From Raja brachyura (taxonomy: Eukaryota), in assembly GCA_963514005.1 (NCBI GenBank), contig OY740811.1, forward strand, positions 16,492,001 through 16,556,000: DNA of 64,000 bases, read 5' to 3'. Below, one piece after another: positions 11,513 through 25,215 of this stretch (the stretch's first letter is position 1; the number at the start of each line of letters is the position of its first letter). Made by a program: the position numbers and the translations under genes. A model generated the notes under the pieces. It made no database searches and had not been told where the DNA came from. It worked only from the letters and a program-made list of their open reading frames with translations.

Positions 11513-13599
11513 TAACTACTACCTATGTGATCTGCTTTTGTAAAGCTTTTTTTTAGGTGGTCTGAGGATATTCCAAGTGACTTATTTCCTTTCCCCATTA
11601 TTTATGAGTGCAGCGACTGGGAATATGAGAAAAGATGCCGTTAATTCGTCATTAAATATATTTGCGTCCAGGTTGTACCATTTATGAGACTTCAGATAAT
11701 TATGTTAATGTTGATATATCATTTATATTTTATATCATCTTCAGTATCAGAAGGGGGTACAAAAGACTGACCTGTAGACTTGGTTTCAAGCCATCAACTT
11801 GACAATTTTTGCTGCAAAATGTGTTCAGTATTAAATTGTCATCTGCAATTATGTTTCTCACTCAAAAAATCCTGCTAATCCGAATTAATTATAACATTTG
11901 GATATAGATTGTAGGATAAATCAAAGCCATGGAATGTTGCTCACAGCTGATAATTGGAATTTGTAGTACATGGAATTTAAAATACTCAAAAACATTGATA
12001 TACCAGGACTTAGCACAAGTAGTTTTAATGCAGAGTCTAATTTTCCAAAAATGGAATGGAAACTATTTCCTCCATCTTCGCCAAGAATCTGTAGTACGTT
12101 GATAGTTTTCTGGAAATTTTCTTTGTAGATGTTCACAACACGTTTTGACATATTTAAATTATGTATTATATACACTGTAGACTGCCATTTGCAGATTTCA
12201 AAAGTATTGGTAAAGAGTGCTCAAACCCATTTGCAATTATTCAATAAAATTATAGCATAGGAAGGCGGCATTGCAATCTGTCTGCAAGCCAAAAAGGGAT
12301 CTTTGGGGGCAAATTCCACTTCTGAGCTCTTGGTTTGTATCTTCATAGGTTGATGAGAGTTTTGTGCTGAGAGTTTCAGGTTCCATTTTTTCCCAGGCAG
12401 TAGCTTCCTGAATCTCATTCCATGGTGGAGGAATTTTATGCCACCCTTATAATTGATCTCCCGAAGGGAAGTGGGTCATGGGTGATACAGCATGGAAATA
12501 CCCTTCAGCCCAACTCATCCAGACCGATCTAAGATCGTCTCATTTGACCAATAACCTCAACATTTCCGATCTATTGACCTTTTAACTGCCTTGTTTTGAA
12601 GAATATCCACCTGCATTCATGGTGCTAATAATATATATCTAAAATTATATTCTTTGTCTTATTTTATTTTGATTTTTGTGACTATAATGTGGGGTTTTGT
12701 CTTGATTTAACAGAATAGTTGTAAATGCATTCTTTAAAACATCTTTTGGGGATTTATTTCTCTCCTTTTGCGAATATTTGGCTTCCCCAAACTACTAATT
12801 CCACTAATACATTTTATCCTCCTATCATTTATCAAATTGAAATGAAAATGATGATTGAACCAAATGTATCGTACACTCTCCAGTGATAATTTCTTCTGAT
12901 CCAGCTTGCTCTTTAATCAGTGTGGTCATTGATTTCAGTTGAATTTTTTCTTATCACAGGGTTACTTCTTTTTTATTAAATAACAGATAACTTGGAGTTT
13001 GGCAAAAACATGAAACGTCTGTGATGCCCAGGAGTGTTCAGCTGGTTCTGAACTTGGGAGTATGTCGAAACCTCAAGTCTGTTTTTATATTACTGCTTTG
13101 AGTTTATTCACTCTTCTTGCTATTGGCAAATAAAATTTTCATTTTTATATTCGGATGTCAATGCGGTGGGCTGTTTTCCTCTTTAAATTACATTGCTATG
13201 GTGTTCCAGGTTACATTTATCCCAAAATTAATCCCAAAATCCCATAGTGTAACCTGGAAGGGGCATGGACAATCTAGCTCCATGGATCTGTTCCACCATT
13301 CAGTTGATTGAAGCCAATTTTTCCTTTAGGTTTATCTTCCTATCTTTTATCCATATCTCGTTATGAAGGCATTGAATAATATTATTCTGTCTAATTTCAA
13401 TCAATTTGGGAGCTGCTGCTTTATGAGAGAAAATTCCAGATTTCTACTATTGTGAAAAGGTGTTTCCTGTTTATTCCTGATTTGATTTTAACCATTTAAT
13501 CCTTGACTTTATTGTAAGTCGATGCATTTCTCCCTTTGTATTTTGAGTACTGGACCCCAAAACTAAACAGTGCTGTATATTGGGCACTAATTTCTTAAA

Positions 13600-13705
13600 G
13601 TCACACATTCCTTCTCTCCATAGATGCTGCCTGTCCTGCTGACTTACTCCAGCATTTTGTGTCTATCTTCGGTTTAAACTAGCATCTGCAGTTCCCTCCT
13701 ATACA
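13600..13705 (+). repeat. PLE terminal repeat fragment
   Basis: CATTCCTTCTCTCCATAGATGCTGCCTGTCC...TTACTCCAGCATTTTGTGTC...AGCATCTGCAGTTCC. Confidence 0.75.
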
Positions 13706-16629
13706 TTCCTACTGATTTCTTAATGATGGATTGCTAATCAATGGAATATAAGTTCAGTTCTTGATATAGTGGGTTGAAATGATTGAGAATTTGATTTTGT
13801 TAAGAATACAAAAAGGCTTAAGGCTATCTGAAACTCTGTAATACGGAATTTCATCACCTCTGCTTCCTGAAATATGTTTGCCCACTTCAATTTCTCATCC
13901 ATATTTTCAAGCTACTTCATCAGTTCCTCCATTTCAGTAAAATTCTTCAAGTCAGCAATCTACATTTGTACATCATTGATTTTAATTATGACACCGTTGT
14001 TCACTTTACATTCAGCTACTGTGGCCTTGGGGTGTAGAATTGTCACAAATTCCCTCTTCCACAACGTCCCTGCAAGAGGGTCCAAAACCATGACTTTGCT
14101 TAAGAATTTGTCATCTGACGAGCAACTACTTATGTAGTTTGGTCTTTTAAAAGATAATACTTGGTATCTGCAGTGCTTTTATTAGTTGCAATATATATGA
14201 ATACAAACTGTTGTATGGAAGAGAATCTGGTCTGGCCTATTTCCTTCGCTGGTCTCTTCTCTCTTAACTCCCCAGTGTGGAAATTAACTTCATTGTATCA
14301 ACTGAATGTAACTAACAACAGTTAATGATTGCTGGCCTTGCCATTCACTTGATCTTAGTCTCAATGTGAATTCTGAAAGTGCATGATTCTTGGGTGGGGA
14401 GGGTGTTAAACGTCACTTCTACATTTTTTTGCAATGTGAAATGTAGGCTGGAGTTATTGATTTGGATGTGCAGGTTTGAGATTTTTTGCCTGTTTAAGGT
14501 ACCTTCATAGTTAAAACGCCAAACATTGAGACAAAATACCAGTAAAGGTTTTTTCCGTTCATTAGTAAGGTGAACATGTGACTTTCCACAGTGACAAAAT
14601 GGGATTATTCTTTGGCCATCTCAACCCATGTGAACCACATGTTCCAATGTGAGTTGGCAGGAGGAGTGTTATATTTGTCTCGAGTATGTGGGAAGTAAAG
14701 AGACCTTAGAAAAAAAAGCCTGCTGTTTTTTTATAGCAGTTACATCTCAGTTACAAACCATAACACAGAAATTAGGGCTTCTATTATCCTTCTAGGCTGT
14801 TAGTACTGAATGTACATATGTTGCCATCTACATCTGCTCAATAATAATGTACCTTCTAGATTAGGCAGGATATCTTTTAATCCTGATTATATCAATTCAT
14901 TTGCAGTATATCATTTCAAGCTTATCCTGTTTTCCAAAATGACATTACTTGCAATGCTGTGATGCTTTCTGTCTCCAGTTCCATTAAAAGTGCATTAGTT
15001 TTAAGAAGCTGATTATTATGGAACAATTTGTTATATTACAGATGTCCTTGTTTTTCTATGGGCGTCTGTGCCAGGGGAGATGTTTTTCCGCCTGAATCAG
15101 GGAGGTGGTTAGCTCACTTGTTAGTGTAGTGTTTCCACCGGGAGCAAATGAGCTATTGTCAGCACTGCAGGAAATGGATGGCGGTTCCAGGTTTTCTATC
15201 TGCGTGCCATTATTTGAAGCTATTTGAGGCCATTTATTGTGGCATTAATGCATTAATAGGATTTTATTATAAACATAAGTTGATGGAGACTGAAACAAAT
15301 ACAGATGTTGGACACCCTCAAGCTGCTTCAAGTTTTAAATATACCAGAATTAAGTACTTTCATTTAAGGTCCTATGATTTCCTGTCCTTTTCTGACTTGC
15401 ACATTAAATGCCAGTTAGCCATGAGCAATTAATGTCTGTTTTGTATTCTTTGCAACTCAGAATTTAGTTTGTCCTTGATATATATTTAAATGTTTTCATA
15501 ATAACTTTAACTGGTTTGTCATGAAAACGTTTCAAACAAAGTGGCTAATGAGAAATAAAAGAAAATAAGCATAAAAGGAACAAAAATACATTTTGACGTT
15601 TAAGCATTAAGCCTCTGATGTAATTTTTTTTTTGTCCTTCCTCTAGTCGGTCATTCTTTGCGAAGTGCTAACATTTGTGTTACAGCACTTTTTTGGCAAG
15701 CATAACATTGAAGATTAGGAAAGGAGAAGCAACCATTTTGATTTAGCGCAAGTTAATTTGCATTTCCGGAACATTCCTTCAAAGTGCAGTATTTTTTGGA
15801 CATTTTTTGCTTTCTATTGGTTATATAACCGTGTATTCAATTCTTAATGATACTTGGTTAATTTGATTTTTTTTTTGCCTGTACATATGAAATGAATGAA
15901 TTAGGTTATTAATTAGGAGCCGCATCTATTGCCCTTTTTGAATTTTTTAAAGTCCGCTGTATTAGCCATGTGGTATTTTTATCTGTGGAATGTACACACA
16001 AGGATGAAAAATATTTATTGAGATCTTTAGTTCCCCTGAGAACATTGAGTCAACTATGCAATGGGGACTGGTGTCCTGCATAGACCAGGCCAGGTGGTAT
16101 GGTTGGGAATGGTCTTTCCTCGAATTGGTGAATAAACTGCCTGCTTCCAAAATGATTGCATTTACATGAAATGAATCATATTAGCTGCTGAGATATGTAT
16201 ATACTGCCCGTCTCTTCCTCCCCTATAATTAAGTCCACTGCTATAATTTGTAGACATGGCCCTGTCCATTATTGAAAATGCACCATACTACATGGTTAAG
16301 TCACAATATCGTTTGCTGCAGCGCTGTGCATTTTTGTATATTGGAAGTCAGTGCCATGTGTTCTGACTGCTATTGAATCCAATCTAATTATGCACAAAAG
16401 CTGAGCATTAGATTTCAAGGTATGAAATGGTGAACCATGGCCACTGAGACTTTTCCTTATTGTCAGGTGCTATGTTGATTTGGGCTGATGTTGGTGCTAA
16501 GATGTATAATCAGTGAGCATCTTGATTTCTGGAATATTTGACAAGTAATTTTAAGTTCTTAATATCTTGTTTCAAGTTAGAGCTGATCATGTTGAACTGG
16601 TCTTGCTCAATCAATAGTGACTAGAATAT

Positions 16630-16796
16630 GTGTAAGAAGGAACTGCAGATGCTGGTTTAAACAGAAGATAGACATAAACGGCTGGAGTAACTCAGCAGGA
16701 CAGGCAGCATCTCTGGAGAGAAGGAATGGGTGATGTTTTGGGTTGAGACTCTTCTTCAGACGTTGGATTCCGTGCAAGATTCGGGTCGAGACCCTT
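16630..16796 (-). repeat. PLE terminal repeat copy
   Basis: AAGGAACTGCAGATGCTGG...GGAGTAACTCAGC...GAATGGGTGATGTTTTGGGTTGAGACTCTTCTTCAGAC. Confidence 0.8.
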
Positions 16797-17769
16797 TAGC
16801 CAGAGTTAATTACATACCATGCTGTGCAAGTGGCAAACTAAGACATTGTATGGAGGGAAATATATATATTTTTAAATGTTTTCAGCTTTACATTTTGAAT
16901 CAATGAGGAAAATGTTTTTGTAAGTTAATGGACATATCTGCAAATATTGGTTCTGATAAGGTGTAGCCTTGGCAACTGGAAACCTTAAAGATGATCTGTC
17001 ATTTGATTGTTCTGAATTTCTATAGATTAGAGTAATGGACAAACTAAATTTAATAAGTTTGAACAGACATTTTAGCAACCTTGAATTCGTGTTGAATGCA
17101 GGCAATGTGTGCATTTAATCTTGAGATTGTTGTAGTGCTTATGTAAATGAGTAAGTAGTCTATAATTTCCAGAGGAATTGTAACTTAAAGTATCGATGTG
17201 TCAGTAACTCTCTATGGACTTAAGAAATGTTGCAGCGTGTAAAGCTATTACATTAGTATTTGGGTTCATGCAGAAAATACGGATCAAAATTATTTATCCA
17301 TTCAAAAAGATTTCTAATCTATCATTTGAAAGAAACGCTTTGTGCAAGTTGTTTTGAAGTCCTTAGTGTGAATTGTGTACCATCTGCTTAGATGTGACGG
17401 GTGTGGCTTCCTTGAATCTGCAGGGGAAAAAACTGTCCTCAGAATGAAATGTTTTCTTCCACTGCAGATAAGGTATCTGATCAAATCTGATTTAGCTCAT
17501 GTAACAAACCAGAAATCTGAAAGCGATATTGGCAATTAATGTAACTACTGTTACATTTTAGTTGCTGAACTTGTATTTTTGTTTTTACCATTTTTGGATT
17601 ATTTTATTTTTAGCTATTGGATCTCTCTATTTGAAAACAGAGAAAATATTCACGTAGTTCTTAATTATTAACTGAAGGATTAACAGAATTTTACATTAAA
17701 AATTGAATAAACTAGTTAACCAGTTCAGAATATTTTGACAGCCAGAGGTTGAATCTATCAGATCATGCC

Positions 17770-18124
17770 ATCCATAAAGACTCCTCTCACCCTTGTAATG
17801 GACTGTTCGAACTACTCCCTTCCGGCAGACGTTACAAGGCCTTCTACGCCCGCACCTCCAGACTCAGAAACAGCTTAATTCCCAGAGCTATAGCGGCTCT
17901 GAACCATCCCTGCTGAGTACCCCCCACCCCCATGGACTGTCTCCCCCGGCCTCGCACTTTACTGGTGTTGATTTTACTGGTCTAATGTTCGTTTTTACAA
18001 ACCTTGTTCTCTGGGTATGTAAACCTAAGTTTTATTTGTCAATTAACTTATGACATCGGATGGAAGTTGCAAACTAAATCTCGTTACACTTATGTGTAAT
18101 GACAATAAAATTTATTATTATTAT
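17770..18124 (+). mobile_element. Rex1/Babar LINE 3' end
   Basis: Encodes KDSSHPCNGLFELLPSGRRYKAFYARTSRLRNSL; ends in AATAAA plus a (TTA)n tail. Confidence 0.8.
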
Positions 18125-18406
18125 GGTGGTGCAGCGGTAGAGTTTCTGCCATAGCGAATGCAGCGCCGGAGACCTAGGTTCAATCCCGACTACGGGTGCT
18201 TGTCTGTACGGAGTTTGTATGTCCTCCCAGTGACTTGCCTGGGTTTTGCATCGAGAACTTCGGTTTCCTCCCACACTCCAAAGATGTACATGTTTGTAGG
18301 TTAATTGGCTTGGTAAATGTCCCTAGTGTGTGTGGGATAGTGTTAATGTGCGGGAATCACTGGTCGGCATGGACCTGGTGGGCTATCTCTAAAACTAAAA
18401 CTAAAA
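18125..18406 (+). mobile_element. tRNA-derived V-domain SINE (HE1-like)
   Basis: A-box-like GGTGCAGCGGTAG, B-box GGTTCAATCC, V-domain GGAGTTTGTATGTCCTCCC...GGTTTCCTCCCACACTCCAAAGA, and a CTAAAACTAAAACTAAAA tail. Confidence 0.85.
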
Positions 18407-21400
18407 TGTTGGCTGCATTGATTGCGTGAGCTGCAATGTAACTAATTTGGAAATTTTAAATTATCTGTTTTTTTGTTGCTATATATTTTACTGTTGTACT
18501 TTGCCACAAATAGAAATCCTGAACATGTAGAAGTTCTATTCAGGAGTAAAATTAATTATTTGATAGAGCAATATTTTAACTGTCAGTTCTTTGTGGGGGC
18601 TAGTAAGGGTTAATGTCAGATTTGATATTGTTGAATGCATCAGATGAATATCTGGGTTGCTATTGCAACTTCAGTGTCAAACTGAGTACTGGGAATGGTA
18701 TAAATGAGATCTGCAAAAAATATTGTTTGAGAAATTGTGTAAACTGGGATTGCTTTGTTTGGAGAGGATGTGTACAATTAGACCTAGATGGGTGAGGACT
18801 AACCATAGGACTTGAGCAATGAACCTCCTCCCCTAAAGAGTGGAGGGGACCTCTCTTTAAACTCCAATTTTTAAAAAATGGAGAAACTCTTCATCACATT
18901 TTGAAGATATCTGAATGAGCTCTCTATGATGTAGCACATAGTAGCATGGACCAAAGTGGAATCAACCTAAAGATCATGACCATGGGCATTAATTGGCCAA
19001 AAATCTATCTCCTCTATCATATTTTTGAAAAACAGCTTTAAACTTTCATGTTCTCAGTGCTCCCAAAACGGTAATGGCATTAACATGCAAAAGAAGAAAT
19101 TGCGCTATGAATTTCTATTCACAAGAATTTGCTGTACAATTTGCATCACCTTATTGTCAGCTAATTCTCTGCCACCAATGTGGTTTGAAATTGCTGCATT
19201 TGCACATTAATTGCCAATTAGCTTGCTGCAGAAAGTATGGCTCTGACTACAAGATAATTACCTTTGCTGATAAGGTTTGTTATTGCAGTGGTACTCAACC
19301 TCTGGGGCAAAAGGGAACAGTTGAAGCTGCAGGCCCATTTCTATAAGTAGTAATTGAGATTTTAATTTTTATCGCTTTAACTTTATTTCCATTTAATCCA
19401 TCTTTTTCTTTTTAATTCACCTGTTCAATGGTACTTGATTTGACTAGCTTACCTGACTGTCTTTTGTTTAATCTCAGTGCAAATCTTTGTATTCACCAAG
19501 AACTCTGTTGCCATATTTTCTACTTGCTCATTATCAGCAATTATATGGGGCAGAAAATTTGGTGGCAAAGGGTGAAGAGAATATTAACAACGGGAAACTC
19601 AATGTTGAGCAAAATCTAGGTCATGGCCTGGAAATATGAATTTAATCTAAGTGCATGGGTGTGTCTTTGAAGGCATTTATTCTTATTTCTTTAATGCTAA
19701 CATTTTAGAATTTTACTGATGGGCACAAGTCTTGAATGTTGTTGCCTTGCATTACAGCAATTTGTTTTTGTGATTGTCCAAATTAAGAAAACAACTTTTC
19801 ATTGACTTTTCCTGTGTGCAAGTGACAGCTTGCAGCATTAACACGTTTCACACATGTAAGAAAAGTATTTAATTGTGAAATGCGGTCAAGACTTCCTGAA
19901 GATTTGCATTTATAAAATGTTTTGAGACTTTGATCCTGCTTATTACTAAACTGCAAAATCATCATTTTTAGTCTGAATGGAAAGCAAAAGACAAAACTTT
20001 GAATTGCACAGTTTGAAATTTGTCTCAAACCTTTTCGGAAAAATGACTTGATCAAAAGTCTACATGTCTCTGGACAGGGAAGAAAGAATAGCCATGTCAA
20101 AGAGCCTGACTGGAATTAGCATTGTAATTATTAATCTCTACAATGGATGTCAGGGCAATAACAGCATGTTGTACTCTTTAATGTACTTTACCTGGTGCGT
20201 AAATCTTACATTATTTGATAAATATGATTGTTCTTTGTAGCTTCCACTGTGCTTGATGTTCTCTCTAGGTTATTATGGATTGGAGTTTTCAAGAATTAAT
20301 GCATAGTTGTGCTCTGTGATGTTTGGTTTCATGTTGAGGGCACAAGATCCAGAAATAGAATGAGAAATGTGTTGGTAAGAAGTGGGTTGGTTGAACCACA
20401 CCCCCTTCAAATCCTTAATAAGATTGAGCAGTACAAGCACAATGTGATCGTGAAAGGACCAATGTGATATAAAGGGATTCGGATAATAACATCCTAAAAG
20501 GAATTGAGGATTGTGCCAGACTAGAAATAAACGGATGATTGAAAGCATTTTGTAAGTGTGTATCAACAAAGAAAGAGTGGGTATATTTCTAATGATACTA
20601 TGTTAGTCTTTCATACTTATCTTCAGACGTAAAAAATGTAGTGTTAATTATTTTAAGATGGGCTCCTGGCTCAAGGATTCTTTCACATCGTGTAACTTGA
20701 ATAATTGAGGTTATCAATGCCTAATTTAGTCTTTGAACAAATACTATACTTGTAGTTTTGTATTCAAGTTTTGTATTCAAGTTATCTAGTTTCTTTGCTT
20801 ATTAGAGTTAAGCTCAGGCATTTTAATGAGGTGAGAAAAAAACCATTGTACGGTACATTTTAGTATTAACTAGTGTCAATCCATTTGTACGGTTTCTATT
20901 CTTGAGCCAGAAAATTCTTGCTCAACATAAATGCAAGTTAAACTTTACATCAAACTGCACATTGAACAAATGTTTTCACAAAGTTCAATGCAGAAAGCCA
21001 GAGTAAAGATGACCCCATGTTACAGTGTTGGTGGAGGTGGTTGCATTCCTAGAAAGCTGTCCGTTTTGTGATTTTCTTTTCCATTACGCAAATCCGCATC
21101 ACCACATGCATCAAGGGAGTTGAAAAATATAACTTTCATTGACCTATTCACAAATTACATGAGAACTTTATTCCATATCTCAGATTTTTAGTTAGTGATT
21201 TGAGAATTCTGGCGTGGAGATTTTCCATAACCTGAATGGCTATAACATGGATTCGCCTATATTTAAGTAAATTAAGCTCGGCAGTCTGAATTTAGTGATA
21301 AAGGGCATGGGTCACTGTGAGCAGCTCCTACTCATAAAATGTACCCTCCATATAATACACCATTTAAAAAAAAAGTAATGTTTTAATGTGATGCTGACAT

Positions 21401-21751
21401 TCTCACTGGCGCAGCTGAATTGCTGTTGTGCTTTGAGACAAAGAAAATGGAAATACTCTGGTGTAACAGTGTGAGAAAGCAGAAGTAATCCAGTTTCCAA
21501 AATTGATAGTGACTGATTTTGCCCTGGTACAAATCTAATAAAATTCTGACGAATAAATAATCTGTTTTACATTATTGATTTATTAGTAAATTTGAAATTA
21601 GAATTATTTTAATTGTACTAAAATCCTAGAATTATGAAAAATTTGCAGTCTTGTGTTTACTTGGATTTGATGTATCAGTAATTTAAATAACCAATTGAGA
21701 GTTTTAACTTTGCCTCATATTGACTTAATGAGCTTCAACGTAAAATAGATA

Positions 21752-22033
21752 CAGACTACCCAAGTTATTACATACCTCTTTATAACAGATCTCTATTGTA
21801 GCAAATTAAATCTGTGTTAACCAAGGCATCCGTTTTTTATTGGGAACATGGACAATGTTTGCCGTTTCAGGAGTGACCGATAGGTCGTTGGAGTGAATCT
21901 TGTATCGGTCTCTGTTCGCCTGTCTTGTTTAGTGTATTATTATTGGCTGTCTATATATTTACTCCACTAACTCGATTATAGGGGACACCATTCTTCTCTC
22001 ACCCAATGGTCTGTTATAACGAGAGGCTATCTG
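21752..22033. mobile_element. Old Tigger/pogo-like MITE
   Basis: TA-CAGA...GTTATTA at the left end and TTATAACG...TCTG-TA at the right end; degenerate TIRs. Confidence 0.4.
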
Positions 22034-22573
22034 TATACTAACCTACAGTTCTTAAACATCAGTTTGTTGAAATGTGAGATTACAAATCGGCTGGAGGGAT
22101 CTGGGTATTGTGCATGAATCACGAGTTGGAAGTAGTTAGAAAACAAATGATATCGTGTTTCCACGTTTGGTTGATTCAACTACGTACCTGGCCACTTTTT
22201 AAAATGCTATGACTGTCTGATGGAGTGATGGAAGCAAGGGAAGAAAGTCTCCCTGAAATCCTCTCAATTTTTCAATCCTTTCTCCAGATCTGAGGAATCT
22301 CATTCCCAATCAAAGCTTCCTCTGCTCCATGGTAAACATACCCAGTTCTCATATCTGAAACTCCAGTTTCCCCTCAACTGAAATGCAACATCTTGACGAA
22401 TTTCCTCTGATCAATGTTTTGGAGCAAAGGTCCCTGCTATTGTGTTAATTGCCCTGACTAATAAAGGCCACCATCCCATATGTACCCATTATCACGTTAT
22501 GTACCTGTGCAGCCACCTTCAAGGATTTTTGGACATCCTTGCCAAGTTCCCTTTGTTTCTCAATACTCCCTAG

Positions 22574-23714
22574 CAAAGATCTTATAGCGAGCAAGATGGT
22601 CCACTCCACTAAAAAGCTGTAGTTGGGTCAAGGGTAATCTTCAGCGCCATTTCCGTAACCGGCTTCAGTCATGATGTCGTGCTAATTCAGGGAGATTCTG
22701 CTATATCGTGCTGAGAGATTAAAGGATAGACACAAAATGCAGCGGGTTGGGGCGGCATTTCTGGACAAAAGGAAGAGGTGACATTTCAGGTTCAGACTGA
22801 GTCTGGGGAAAGAGGAACACAAACCGTCCTCCCCCTCCCTGTGACGCGGACATGGAGCAATCGCCCCCCCTTTTTGTTAAGCATCCATTTCCTTCGGGGT
22901 TTTTTTTTAATTTCCCTCTTACCATTTCCGTATTTTTTCGATAGTTGCCATGACCCATTTGATGTCTTCCTTCGCCCTGCTCCTCAAAGATCTTAACGCG
23001 ATCTTTGCTGCTCCTGCTCTCTGCCCGCACTGATCTGCAAGACCTGCTGTGTGTGTGTGTGTTTGGCGGAGTCTGAGGGGAGAAGTGCCAGCACCAAGAG
23101 CGAGCGGACAGACGGACAAAAGCAACGATCATAGAGCGGAATAGGTGACCAAAGATCTTTGTAGGTGACATTTTGGGTCGAGGCCCTTCTTCAGACTGAG
23201 TCGGGAAAGAGGAGCAAGAGATATAGACGGTACTGCGGATGAATTAATGGAAGATGTGCCTATATTTCCCTTTCCCTTTACTGTCAGTCTGAAGAAGGGT
23301 CTCGACCTGAAATGTCCACCTATGCCGTTCTACGACAGTTGCTTTCGTCCGTCTGTCCGCGCGTTCGCTCGCTCTTGGTGCTGATGCTTCTCCCCTCAGA
23401 CTCCGCCAAAGAAACACACATACACGCACAGCATGTCCGGCAGCTATTGAAAAAGTTGACTCGAAATATCACCTACGCCTTTTGTGTCTGTCTTCGATTT
23501 AAGCCAGCATCTGCAGTTCCTTCCTATACAAGGTATGTGCCGTTTAAAAAGTAAATTAAAAAACAAACAAACTGTTCCCCCGCAACGCTGCGAGAGGCAT
23601 AACTGAAGTTGGGTCGGGGTTACTGAAATGACGGAAGGTACACTCGGTGCGTACTACACGTCAGTCCATTGTATTTCGCAGGAGTGGACCATCTTGCTCG
23701 CTATAAGATCTTTG
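22574..23714. mobile_element. Non-autonomous DNA transposon (P- or hAT-type) with perfect 34-bp TIRs and an 8-bp TSD, inserted in a CR1 remnant
   Basis: CAAAGATCTTATAGCGAGCAAGATGGTCCACTCC at 22574-22607 and its exact reverse complement at 23681-23714. Flanks are CTCCCTAG and CTCCCTTG. Confidence 0.85.
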
Positions 23715-24115
23715 CTCCCTTGCACCCTACCATCCATTGTCCTTCACACATTGGGGCTCCCAAAATATATCAATTTGCTTAATGGCAAGGGGGCTGGATT
23801 TTAGCAACGAGGACATTTTGTTACAATACTAAGTTTGAGTTCCCATCTTTGTGTATTATACACAGTTTGTTCTTATTTAAGAGAGGATTATACGGGCACG
23901 GGAGATGACCTATTATGCGGCTCAAGAAGTCAGCTCTATTCTTTTGAGTTTAGATGAATGGGATGGAAAATCCTGAGGGTTAGTTGAGATGTTGGCAAAC
24001 ACATGTTTCCGTGCCCTATAACTTTATGACTCAATGATTTTATGACTGGTGGGGAGAATATCGAACATGGGTACGTGGGTACAAGATAAGGGTGTGAACA
24101 TTTACAACTGAGGTA

Positions 24116-24565
24116 CAGGTCCACCAATGATTTTCTGGCACCCTTGGTTCCAGAGCTTTTCTGGATTATCTCTTTTGCCGAATCGGCAGAGGTCAAGGCC
24201 TCGGAGTTCACCAAAGCCACCAAGATAACCGCTCGCAAAGTCGGCTTCGGACGTTGGTTACGGGAAATGATCGGCCAGGCCGGAGCCCCAGCGGCAGGGG
24301 GAATTTGACCTGCCAATCAGCCATGGGAAGGTTCTGCTGGCTCCGACAAGGCTTGAGTTCCAGAACCCCGGCTGCAGGGTCTAAATACGGGCAGCTAATT
24401 GGCGTAGGAATCATGATGGGATTGAGATCGGCCACCTCGCTTGGTCTAGGCACCACGTTTTCATGGGGGGGGGGGGGGTTGGGGGATTTAAGCACACTCT
24501 TGTAATTTTGTCCGGCTTAAAGGAGGTGGCAGCCACCAGTTTCTAGAAAATCGGCGGTGGACTTG
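24116..24565. mobile_element. Tc1/mariner-pogo (Tigger-like) MITE inserted in a CR1 remnant
   Basis: TA TSD. Left TIR CAGGTCCACCAATGATTTTCTGG versus right (reverse complement) CAAGTCCACCGCCGATTTTCTAG; CpG-rich interior. Confidence 0.7.
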
Positions 24566-25145
24566 TACGTGGGAACGTTTTTGCAAAAGGTGGTATATCT
24601 CTAGGATTTTGTATTCCAGAAGTAGATCATTTGGGACATTATGGGAAACGGCAAGAGGCAGATCAACTATGATATTGAATTGTGTCAGGCTTGAGGGACG
24701 GGGGCTGTACATTCCTTTCTTTGTTCTTGTGTGTCAATTAAACTATTGATATTTCACTTTAAAAGTTTAGGAGGAGCTAAGTCACTGTAACCTCCAGAAA
24801 GAGATCTGCATGCTATTGTAAATGTCCTTGAAAGATAGCTTTTTTCAGTTTTTCTTAGTGCTGTGTTGCACAATCCATCCATAGAGAATTTGAGTATCAA
24901 AATCAGTCTCTCCAATGGCACACTGAGGAAACACTGCATATTGTATTATAGGCTGTAAAAGGCAAAATACATTTTAAATGTCTGAAAGATTAAAAATCAG
25001 TTCAAACCTAATTTAAGCAAAGCCAAAACAATTAAACAAGGAGTTTATCAAATTCTCCTTTGCTTCACAATCCTATAATGCTAATTTAAATCAGCAGAAT
25101 CAAGAATCCTGAGGCCATCCTAATCTTGCATGGACTCCAACATTT

Positions 25146-25215
25146 GAAGAAGGGTCTCGACCCGAAACATCACCCACTATTTATCTCCAGAGATGCTGCC
25201 TGTCCTGGGTTACTC
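25146..25215 (+). repeat. PLE terminal repeat fragment with near-intact hammerhead core
   Basis: TGAAGAAGGGTCTCGACCCGAAACATCACCC...CTCCAGAGATGCTGCCTGTCC. Confidence 0.75.

Noticed and set aside
18125-18190. tRNA-like A/B boxes
   Set aside because: Head of a V-SINE, not a cloverleaf tRNA gene.
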